In this document: piece after piece, positions 37,125 through 44,559 of the stretch
How the letters are laid out: the number at the start of each line of letters is the position of its first letter
How positions within the stretch are numbered: the stretch's first letter is position 1
From: an uncultured Flavobacteriales bacterium
GTDB taxonomy: Bacteria > Bacteroidota > Bacteroidia > Flavobacteriales_D > CAJJDF01
Assembly (NCBI GenBank): GCA_938009745.1
Contig: CALLII010000003.1
Location: 3,126 to 67,125, forward strand
Direction: 5' to 3'
Length of the DNA: 64,000 nucleotides
Position numbers and translations under genes: made by a program
The notes under the pieces: model-generated
What the model was told of the DNA's origin: nothing
The model's input: only the letters and a program-made list of their open reading frames with translations
The model's database searches: none

Positions 37125-38848
37125 AAGACAAGGATTTGAAAGACATATCGAATCAGGAACAATTTAACTATGAACTCAAACCTGAGTACTTAGATGATTT
37201 AACCAATAAACTGAATGACCAAAGGCCTGCTAAGAAAAGAGGTTATTTCGGTTATCTGGCAGTTCTTTTATTATTGTTAATTGGTGGGAGTTATTTTCTC
37301 TATCCAAAAGGAGAATTAAATGAATTGGCAACTATAGAAGGAAACAAAGAAATAGTAAATGCACAAATAAAATCTGAATCGGAGGTTGTAAAAGCAATAG
37401 ATTTATCTGAAAAAGAGTCAATAAATAGAAATTTACTTCAAGAATCTGTAACAGTATCCAGTGAGGTTTCTATAAAAGATAAAGTGGAGATTAAGACTGA
37501 AGTTGCACAAAAAATCTCAGTTGAATCGATTAAAAAAGAAGTGTTTAACTCAGAAAACACTAACGGAACAATCAATACAAATCAACTTAAAAATAGAAGT
37601 TCTCAGAATCTACTTCAGAAAAATACGACTGAAACTAAAGTAACTGATATTGATAAGGTGAATTTATCAACTGAATCTGATTCAAAAAAGGGGGATTTAG
37701 CTTTAAAGTCTCCAAATAATAAAGTAAAGAATCAGGATGAGGATAAAAATAATGCTGCTTTATCGACAATTAAAAAATCTGATAAAACTCTATTAAAAAC
37801 TGAAATAGTAGATCCGATAAGTAAAGTTGCTTCTGAAAACAAGTTGGAATCAGTAGGAGGTGAGCAAAATGAGGTTCCTCTTATTAACAAAGCTAACGAA
37901 ACTAAAAATCAAGAAAACACACCAATTATAACTGCGGATAACAAAGCGTTAGTTGATTCAGTAGAACCACAGAAATCGATTAATAAGGAAGATAATATAC
38001 CAATTACTGACAGTATAATAACTAGTGACACATTAGATTTAGTGACTCAAGCCGATTCAGTTTCTATTAAACTAGAAGAAGCTAGGACTAGGGATAAATG
38101 GCAAGTATCTGCATTGAGTGGAGTTAATTTTAGCATTTCTCGATTGGATAATTCGACTAATCAAGAGTATTTAACCAAAAGAACCGAAGAAGAAAATTAC
38201 TTGACAAACTATACTGGTGGAATAATGCTGGAACGATTTGTTACTGATAAAATAAAGTTGGGAACAGGATTGACTTACATTTCTTATGGAAGTAACAACT
38301 CTTATTCTTCATCTACAGTGTATGATGATTTTCAGCAATTCAAAGGGTTTGATTCGGTTTATAATCCTACAATTGATTCTATTTTTTATCAACCAAGCGG
38401 AACTTGGCTTCCTTATTTAATAAGAATGGACACTACTTTAGACTCTGCTTTTGTCGCCCAACAAACTGCTAGGGAAGATTCTACACCTCTCAATAGTAGC
38501 GGAAAAGTTACTTTTTCGTATGTAGAACTTCCTTTGCTCATTGGGTATTACAAAACGAATAATAAATGGAGTTTTGGATTAAATACGGGAGTGAGTGTTG
38601 GGCTTTTGACGCAAAGTAGTGGAAGCTTCATTGATGAAAATTTAGTTTCTGTGCAAGTAGCTCAATCCCAGCAAGTGGTTTGGAATTACTTATTGAGTCC
38701 AGAATTTAATTATCAATTTAACGAGAAACTTTATTTAGGATTTCAACCGTTTTTCAGGATGGGACTTAATAATTTATCCTTATCGGAACCTATTGATAGA
38801 AACTATTACAGCATTCAATTAAATGCCAAGATAGGAGTAAGGTTTTAA
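37121..38848 (+). CDS. Putative anti-sigma / envelope protein: short cytoplasmic N-terminus, one TM helix, ~260-aa low-complexity linker, C-terminal ~250-aa beta-barrel-like domain
   Basis: ATGA overlap with the sigma gene. TM helix YFGYLAVLLLLLIGGSYFLY at aa 42-61. The linker is K/E/S/N/T-rich. The C-terminus has alternating strands and ends NAKIGVRF. Confidence 0.6.
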   Translation: MKDKDLKDISNQEQFNYELKPEYLDDLTNKLNDQRPAKKRGYFGYLAVLLLLLIGGSYFLYPKGELNELATIEGNKEIVNAQIKSESEVVKAIDLSEKESINRNLLQESVTVSSEVSIKDKVEIKTEVAQKISVESIKKEVFNSENTNGTINTNQLKNRSSQNLLQKNTTETKVTDIDKVNLSTESDSKKGDLALKSPNNKVKNQDEDKNNAALSTIKKSDKTLLKTEIVDPISKVASENKLESVGGEQNEVPLINKANETKNQENTPIITADNKALVDSVEPQKSINKEDNIPITDSIITSDTLDLVTQADSVSIKLEEARTRDKWQVSALSGVNFSISRLDNSTNQEYLTKRTEEENYLTNYTGGIMLERFVTDKIKLGTGLTYISYGSNNSYSSSTVYDDFQQFKGFDSVYNPTIDSIFYQPSGTWLPYLIRMDTTLDSAFVAQQTAREDSTPLNSSGKVTFSYVELPLLIGYYKTNNKWSFGLNTGVSVGLLTQSSGSFIDENLVSVQVAQSQQVVWNYLLSPEFNYQFNEKLYLGFQPFFRMGLNNLSLSEPIDRNYYSIQLNAKIGVRF

Positions 38849-38857
38849 TAAAAATAA

Positions 38858-39218
38858 AAGCAAGATTTGTAAGCCGGGTTCTGTTTACCCACCTAGGTGA
38901 GATGTCTATCATTTATCTAGGGCTGCAATCGCTCACAGTCTCCAACAACCTACCCTCCAGAATTGAGCGAGCAGCTCTCAGGCTCTGGTTTATTTGGTTT
39001 TTCATCACATAAGGTTTACCCAACTATACTGTTACCAGCATAATTCGTGAGCTCTTACCTCACGTTTTCACCTTTTCCCCGCAAGCGAGGTAGTTATTTT
39101 CTGCGGCACTATCTGTATTTCGATTGCTCGAAACCCTTCCCGTTAGGAAGTATGTTGCTCTGTGATGCCCGGACTTTCCTCTTCAAAATAAATTTGAAGC
39201 GATAGAAAATCTTGCTTT
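38858..39218 (-). ncRNA. rnpB: RNase P RNA, bacterial type A
   Basis: The minus strand contains GAGGAAAGTCCGGGC (CR-I), GGTAAGAGCTCACG, GTGAGCGATTGCAGCCCTAGATAAATGA and ACAGAACCCGGCTTA (CR-V). The 5' AAGCAAGATTT (39217-39207) pairs perfectly with the 3' AAATCTTGCTT (38868-38858) to form P1. This is the only GC-rich, ORF-free patch in the window. Confidence 0.93.
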
Positions 39219-39224
39219 CAGTGG

Positions 39225-39232
39225 CAAAGTTA
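39225..39232 (-). promoter_or_regulatory. Bacteroidota -7 box (TAACTTTG) for rnpB
   Basis: The minus strand reads TAACTTTG, then 6 nt, then the first base of the P1 helix. This spacing fits a primary 5' end near 39218. Confidence 0.55.
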
Positions 39233-39382
39233 GTTATTAATACTAGAAATGGAGTGGAATTCTATTTCTTCGTTAAGAAATAGTTAATGCAAAAAAAAAG
39301 AACCTAGAATAATTCAGAAATTCAAAATTAGTGAGTAAATTGGATATGTAAAATAATTATTAATTAAAAAATATAAACAAAA

Positions 39383-39721
39383 ATGGGAAAGTTTGATGAG
39401 TGTATGGATACATACAGAGCAGAATTTAAAAAAATCGGAGTAAGTTTTGATGATGCTTTATTAACTAAGGTAGCTAAAGGATGTGGACCTTCTATTTACA
39501 ACAAAGATGCATCTACTGTTGCAGGTTCTGATCCAAAAGAACTAGAAACAGTTAAAAACAATTTCTTAATTGGAAAATTAGGATTGACTGAAAAAGATGA
39601 TTTGGATGGAGCAATTTCTAAAGTAGTTGATACTTTTGGATCTTCTAACAGAAACAAATACAGAGCAATGTTTTATTACATGCTTACTACAGCTTACAAA
39701 AAAGAGTCTGTATACAAATAG
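39383..39721 (+). CDS. DUF2853 family protein
   Basis: 112 aa. MGKFDECMDTYRAEFKKIGV...GCGPSIYNKDASTVAGSD matches my recollection of DUF2853 proteins. Confidence 0.7.
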   Translation: MGKFDECMDTYRAEFKKIGVSFDDALLTKVAKGCGPSIYNKDASTVAGSDPKELETVKNNFLIGKLGLTEKDDLDGAISKVVDTFGSSNRNKYRAMFYYMLTTAYKKESVYK

Positions 39722-39740
39722 GTTTCAATTTATTTATTTA

Positions 39741-39773
39741 AAAAAACTCCCTTCGAAAGTTGGGAGTTTTTTT
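39741..39773 (+). terminator. Rho-independent terminator after the DUF2853 gene
   Basis: Stem AACTCCC (39745-39751) pairs with GGGAGTT (39762-39768), followed by a T-run to 39773. Confidence 0.8.
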
Positions 39774-39807
39774 ATATCTTTTTTTCATGATTTTAAACCT
39801 CTTTATC

Positions 39808-39832
39808 TGTCATTCCTGCGTAGACAAGAATC
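39808..39832 (+). repeat. Short palindromic intergenic repeat unit, copy A (TGTCATTCC...GAATC)
   Basis: TGTCATTCCTGCGTAGACAAGAATC shares its ends with copies B and C and has an imperfect internal hairpin. Confidence 0.6.
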
Positions 39833-39858
39833 AAAATGTGAAATCTTTTGTATTCATT

Positions 39859-39884
39859 TGTCATCCCAAACTTGATTTTGAATC
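39859..39884 (+). repeat. Short palindromic intergenic repeat unit, copy B
   Basis: TGTCATCCCAAACTTGATTTTGAATC. It matches 14/15 and 10/11 to the two halves of the reverse complement of copy C. Confidence 0.65.
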
Positions 39885-39982
39885 TAGTGTTTGACAAAAA
39901 GAAAACAAAGGTTTAAATTTTTATTAAAAACTTAGTGTTGTGATATAGCAATTATAATAGGAAATAAAAATGTAGAACTTTA

Positions 39983-40032
39983 GATTCCAAATCACCCTTC
40001 GACTCCGCTCAGGGTAAAAGTTTGGAATGACA
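39983..40032 (-). repeat. Short palindromic intergenic repeat unit, copy C (inverted, with a nested 24-nt GC-rich hairpin insertion)
   Basis: The reverse complement is TGTCATTCCAAACTT-[TTACCCTGAGCGGAGTCGAAGGGT]-GATTTGGAATC. The insert has an ACCCT/AGGGT stem. Confidence 0.65.
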
Positions 40033-40051
40033 ATGGAGCCCTGATATAAAT

Positions 40052-41458
40052 CTATACAAACAACTTCCCAGGATTCATAATCCCAGTGGGATCAAACACA
40101 TTTTTTATACTTTTCAATAATCCCAATTCTACTTTGCTAAAAGCGATATCCATGTAGTTTTTTTGAACGTAACCAATTCCATGTTCACCAGATAATGTAC
40201 CTCCTAACGAAACTGTTAACTCAAATATTTCTCTAATAGCAACAGGTAATTCTTCGTTCCATTGTTTGTCGGTTAATTCACCTTTAATGATATTTATGTG
40301 TAGATTCCCATCTCCAGCATGTCCGTAACATACCGATTTAAAACCAAATTTATTACCAATCTCTTTTACTCCAGAAAGTAGGGTAGGAAGCTCGTATCTT
40401 GGGACTACTGTATCTTCTTCTTTATAAACGGAATTAGATTTTACTGCTTCACCAATTCTTCTTCTCATTCTCCAAATCTCGTCCTTTTGAGCTTCATTAT
40501 CAGCTAAAAGAATTTCTCCGCATTCGAATTGTTCTAATACCTCAGCAACCTTTTCACATTCTTGGTAAATGATATCCATGTTAGTTCCATCAATTTCAAT
40601 AAGTAAATGGGCTTGGGTAGAATCGTCAATTTTAATACTTACCGAATCATCAAATTTCATTATCCAATCCAAAGCATCTCTTTCCATAAACTCTAATGCT
40701 GACGGAGTTATTCCTGCTCTAAATATGGCCGAAACTGCTTCGCAAGCTTTTGTTGAGCTAGGAAACTGTGCCAACATTGAAACATTGTTAGGGACGTATG
40801 GTATTAGTTTAAGAACTGCTTTGGTAATAATTCCAAGTGTTCCTTCGCTACCAACCATAAGTTGAGTTAAGTTGTATCCTGTAGAGTTTTTTAATGTGTT
40901 AGAACCTGTCCAAATGATCTCTCCATTTGGAAGAACTACTTCTAAATTTAAAACCCAATCTTTTGTTACTCCGTATTTCACAGCTCTTGGTCCGCCCGCA
41001 TTCTCGGCAAGGTTTCCTCCAATACTACAACTTCCTTTGCTAGATGGATCTGGTGCGTAGAATAATCCTTTTTCTATTGCAGCATTTTGTAATTCTTCGG
41101 TTATTAACCCTGGTTCTACAATTATCTGTTGATTTTTTTCATCCAACTCCACAATTGCATTCATTTTCTTCATGCTCAATCCAACTCCACCATGAACCGA
41201 AAGTGCTCCACCACTTAATCCTGTTTGTGAACCCATTGGTGTTACAGGAAGATTTTCGGCAAAGCAATATTTCATTATTTCGCTTACTTGCTCCGTATTT
41301 CTTGGAGTTAAAGCAACTTCAGGAGGAAAAACTAAATCTTCAGTTTCATCATGCCCAAATTGATTTAATTGCTCTTGCTTAAAGAATACATTTTCTTTTT
41401 CAATTAATTCTATGAATTGGGTGATGTGAGTTTGAGATATTTTTGTGAAAGGATTCAT
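40052..41458 (-). CDS. FAD-binding oxidoreductase (GlcD / D-lactate dehydrogenase-like, PCMH family)
   Basis: FAD-binding PCMH N-domain (PVTPMGSQTGLSGGAL) and C-terminal GTLSGEHGIGYVQKNYM...DPTGIMNPGKLF. Confidence 0.85.
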   Translation of the reverse strand: MNPFTKISQTHITQFIELIEKENVFFKQEQLNQFGHDETEDLVFPPEVALTPRNTEQVSEIMKYCFAENLPVTPMGSQTGLSGGALSVHGGVGLSMKKMNAIVELDEKNQQIIVEPGLITEELQNAAIEKGLFYAPDPSSKGSCSIGGNLAENAGGPRAVKYGVTKDWVLNLEVVLPNGEIIWTGSNTLKNSTGYNLTQLMVGSEGTLGIITKAVLKLIPYVPNNVSMLAQFPSSTKACEAVSAIFRAGITPSALEFMERDALDWIMKFDDSVSIKIDDSTQAHLLIEIDGTNMDIIYQECEKVAEVLEQFECGEILLADNEAQKDEIWRMRRRIGEAVKSNSVYKEEDTVVPRYELPTLLSGVKEIGNKFGFKSVCYGHAGDGNLHINIIKGELTDKQWNEELPVAIREIFELTVSLGGTLSGEHGIGYVQKNYMDIAFSKVELGLLKSIKNVFDPTGIMNPGKLFV

Positions 41459-41475
41459 AAATTAAATTTATTAAT

Positions 41476-41886
41476 TCATTTTCTTATTATTGAATGAGCA
41501 TTTTTGAAAAAAGCTTCTCCATCAGAAGATAAATCAGTTATAAGGTTCTCACAGGCAGATTGAAAACTTTCGTAAGTGTTTTCAAAATTATAATTAATAT
41601 TTGATGGAAAATTTTCAGATTTCATTCTTGAATTAATTAAATACTCCCCAAGAGTTCTTTCGTCATTAAAGATATAACTTTCAGTCATAATTTTACTTTT
41701 ATTAGAAACCAAAAAACACCATAAACTACCTTTGTTAAGATTAACTTGAATTTTAATGTAATCAAATATTTCCTCATTTTTTCGTGAGAAAAAATATAAT
41801 CTATTATTAAACTTCTCAAATCTCCAAGGCACTAAAATATTATCAAAATTTGAGATTAAAATTTCACGTAATTTACTCTTATTCAT
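41476..41886 (-). CDS. Hypothetical cytoplasmic protein (136 aa)
   Basis: No signal peptide or TM helix. The start lies 1 nt after the rdgB stop. I recognise no family with confidence. Confidence 0.55.
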   Translation of the reverse strand: MNKSKLREILISNFDNILVPWRFEKFNNRLYFFSRKNEEIFDYIKIQVNLNKGSLWCFLVSNKSKIMTESYIFNDERTLGEYLINSRMKSENFPSNINYNFENTYESFQSACENLITDLSSDGEAFFKNAHSIIRK

Positions 41887-41887
41887 A

Positions 41888-42457
41888 TTATTTCTTTAAA
41901 ACCTCAACCAACTTATCTACTGCCAAACCTCTGTGGCTAATTCTATTCTTAGTTTCCATATCCATTTGGGCAAAGGAAATGTCAAAACCATCAGCTTGGA
42001 AAATAGGATCGTAACCAAAACCGTCTTCGCCTATTTTTTCTGATAAAATTTCTCCATTTACAATTCCCTCCATTACGGTTTCTTTTCCGTTTTGGATAAG
42101 CGCAATGGAAGTTCTAAATCTCGCTTTACGATTTGTTTTTCCATCTAACTTAGATAATACTTTATCCATATTTGCATCAGATGATCGTTCTCCACCAGCA
42201 TAACGTGCCGAGTAAACACCAGGCTCATTGTTCAAAGCTTCAATCTCAAGTCCTGTGTCGTCTGCAAAGCAATCTAAATTAAATCTCTCGTATAAATAAC
42301 GCGCTTTTATCAAAGCATTTTCTTCCAAGGTATCGCCAGTTTCGGGAATGTCTTCGGTTACTCCTAATTCTTTAAGAGATATAACTTCATATTGAGGAAG
42401 TTTAGCTTGTACTTCTTTAAGTTTGTTGGGATTGTTGGTTGCGAATACAAGTTTCAT
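41888..42457 (-). CDS. rdgB: Non-canonical purine NTP pyrophosphatase (RdgB/HAM1 family)
   Basis: [15 protein letters not shown]...FGYDPIF...SHRG are canonical motifs. Confidence 0.9.
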   Translation of the reverse strand: MKLVFATNNPNKLKEVQAKLPQYEVISLKELGVTEDIPETGDTLEENALIKARYLYERFNLDCFADDTGLEIEALNNEPGVYSARYAGGERSSDANMDKVLSKLDGKTNRKARFRTSIALIQNGKETVMEGIVNGEILSEKIGEDGFGYDPIFQADGFDISFAQMDMETKNRISHRGLAVDKLVEVLKK

Positions 42458-42475
42458 TATTTAGCACTTTTTAAA

Positions 42476-42534
42476 GTCATTCTCGATACATTTTAAACTC
42501 ACTATCGTTCGTCTAAAACACTTTAAATGACAGG
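42476..42534. repeat. Degenerate GTCATT...AATGAC palindromic element related to the 39.8-40.0 kb repeats
   Basis: GTCATTCTCGATAC...CTTTAAATGACAGG has 6-bp terminal inverted repeats, an inner CGATA/TATCG stem, and shares CTGTCATT with copy A. Confidence 0.35.
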
Positions 42535-42543
42535 ATTTTTATA

Positions 42544-43254
42544 CTACTTAGCTCTTTTTTGTTTGTTTTCGTGGAAGAAATACCTCAAATCTACAGAGAT
42601 ATAATTGCCAGATAAATCTGCCAAGGCAGTTTTAGAATTAAATTCTACTTCACTTTTTACTTGCACCAATCCTAGTGGTCTAAAAGGGTTTGTTAGTGTT
42701 GCACCAAGATAAAAATAACCACTCTCTTTGGTTCTATATTCAAAACCAATGTTAGCCACATAAGCTAAGTTAACAATCTGAATCCTACCTAATGCAGAGA
42801 AGTTTTTATCATCAGAAAAAGTTCCAATATCCGAAGCTCTAAAATTCATTGAAAATCCTGTAGCCACATTCATATAGAATTGATCGCTTAATCGCACATA
42901 AACTAGACCTTGGATTGGAATTTCGTAAGTAACAACACCAAAGTTAAGTTCTCCATCTAGCGTATCATCAAGGGTAGCATTTACTTTAAAATTCCTAAGA
43001 TTGTAGTTAAGTCCGGCTTCTAAAGAAATATTTTTTGTAAATCCTCTTCGGATAATCGCTCCAAAATTATGACCCAGAGTAGGGGAGATTGTCCCTGCTA
43101 ATCCTTCTCCTTCCAATTCAGAATCGGATACATTCAGGATTTTGAAAGGTAATATAGGTTTATATTGAAGCCCAAAAGTAATCACACCTTCTTGAGAATA
43201 AGCAAAGTGCAAGCTAAATAGGCAAACAATTGTATAGGTAACAAGTTTTTTCAT
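42544..43254 (-). CDS. Outer membrane beta-barrel protein (PorT-like size and pattern)
   Basis: Signal peptide ending in AYSQ, about 8-10 amphipathic strands, 236 aa. Confidence 0.65.
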   Translation of the reverse strand: MKKLVTYTIVCLFSLHFAYSQEGVITFGLQYKPILPFKILNVSDSELEGEGLAGTISPTLGHNFGAIIRRGFTKNISLEAGLNYNLRNFKVNATLDDTLDGELNFGVVTYEIPIQGLVYVRLSDQFYMNVATGFSMNFRASDIGTFSDDKNFSALGRIQIVNLAYVANIGFEYRTKESGYFYLGATLTNPFRPLGLVQVKSEVEFNSKTALADLSGNYISVDLRYFFHENKQKRAK

Positions 43255-43267
43255 TCGGTATAAATTA

Positions 43268-44548
43268 TTAAGAAACTGATTGGCTTCCTGCCACTATAAA
43301 CGACAAATCATTCAAATAGGTATTTGCCAAGGTAATAATTTCTTCGGGAGTGGTTGCTCTCACTTCCTCAATATACTTGGAGTAATAATTATTCGGTAGA
43401 TTAAAGTAATAAAGGGTTTTGTAACGTTCCAATTGATCAAAAACTCCATCCGTATTTTGTAATAACGAACCTAAAAGGTAATTTTTTACTTTGTACAACT
43501 CTTCTTCGCTCACTTTTTCGGTTTGCATTAACTTTATTTCCTTTCTTATTTCATCTAAAGTAGCTTGAGTTACATCAGTTCCTACTTCCGTATAAATAAT
43601 TAAGTTACCCATGTTTTCCTTAGCCATAACTACAGAACCAATTCCGTAAGTATATCCTTTTTCTTCACGAATATTAGCCATTAATCTAGATCCAAAATAC
43701 CCACCAAAAATGGTATTCATTACTTTAAGCTTTGTAAAATCGGGGTGTTCGTAAGAAATTAAAGGACTCCCAATTCTTATTGATGATTGAATGGCTTCTT
43801 TCTTTTCTATAAATTGGAAGCTTGGTAAATAGGTGTTTTGTCCAATTTCAAATTCAGGAACAGAATGAGTTAAAGCTTCCTGTCCAAACAATTCGTTTAT
43901 TCTTGTTTTTACTTTACTATCTACTTTCCCTGCTACAAAAATATCCATTTCGTTAATATTGTAACATTCGTTAAAAAACGAAATACAATCTTCGTGCGAT
44001 ATCTTATCAAAAGAGTCTAAAGTAGTGTGATTGGCGTATTTCGTTCCTTTAAAAACCACATGGGAATAGGCTTTGGATGCAAGAGTTTCAACTTTCTCTT
44101 GCCCAATTAGATACTTCTGCTTTTTTATGTTGATTTTTTTATCAAATTCCTTTTTTGGGAAATTACTCAATGTCACCACTTCCTTAAGCATTGGAAGCAC
44201 ATAATCAAGTTGCTTGTTCAATGCATACAAACTCACTGTAGCAAAATCTGAATTTAAATCTGTTTCTAAAAAAGCACCATAAAAATCTATTTTATTGGCA
44301 ATTTCTAGTGAGTTAAAGTTTGTTGTTCCCTCTCGTAACATTTCGCTAGTCATAGATGCTTGTAACGGTTTAGACTGATATTTTACTCCAGCTCTAAATA
44401 CTAAATCAATTTTTATAAGCTCTTGTGAACCAAGGTTGTATTCAATGTAAGGAATGGAATTATCTAAAGTAGATATATCGGGTAATTGAAAGTTTATCGA
44501 ATCAATTTCTTTAAAATCCGGAGCAGTTTTTCTGTTCAATTCTGTCAT
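43268..44548 (-). CDS. M16 family peptidase-like protein (non-catalytic partner; no HxxEH seen)
   Basis: Insulinase fold pattern. It lies 11 nt downstream of the catalytic M16 gene. Confidence 0.8.
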   Translation of the reverse strand: MTELNRKTAPDFKEIDSINFQLPDISTLDNSIPYIEYNLGSQELIKIDLVFRAGVKYQSKPLQASMTSEMLREGTTNFNSLEIANKIDFYGAFLETDLNSDFATVSLYALNKQLDYVLPMLKEVVTLSNFPKKEFDKKINIKKQKYLIGQEKVETLASKAYSHVVFKGTKYANHTTLDSFDKISHEDCISFFNECYNINEMDIFVAGKVDSKVKTRINELFGQEALTHSVPEFEIGQNTYLPSFQFIEKKEAIQSSIRIGSPLISYEHPDFTKLKVMNTIFGGYFGSRLMANIREEKGYTYGIGSVVMAKENMGNLIIYTEVGTDVTQATLDEIRKEIKLMQTEKVSEEELYKVKNYLLGSLLQNTDGVFDQLERYKTLYYFNLPNNYYSKYIEEVRATTPEEIITLANTYLNDLSFIVAGSQSVS

Positions 44549-44559
44549 TTTTTTCTTTT

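Noticed and set aside
39627-39875. 82-aa plus-strand ORF overlapping the end of the DUF2853 gene and running into the intergenic region.
   Set aside because: It reads through a strong intrinsic terminator (39741-39773) and two palindromic repeat units. This is the typical artefact of translating REP-like repeats.
40569-41382. Three plus-strand ORFs (98, 62 and 112 aa) inside the GlcD-like gene.
   Set aside because: They are antisense to a well-conserved FAD-oxidoreductase frame and have no signal or motif of their own.
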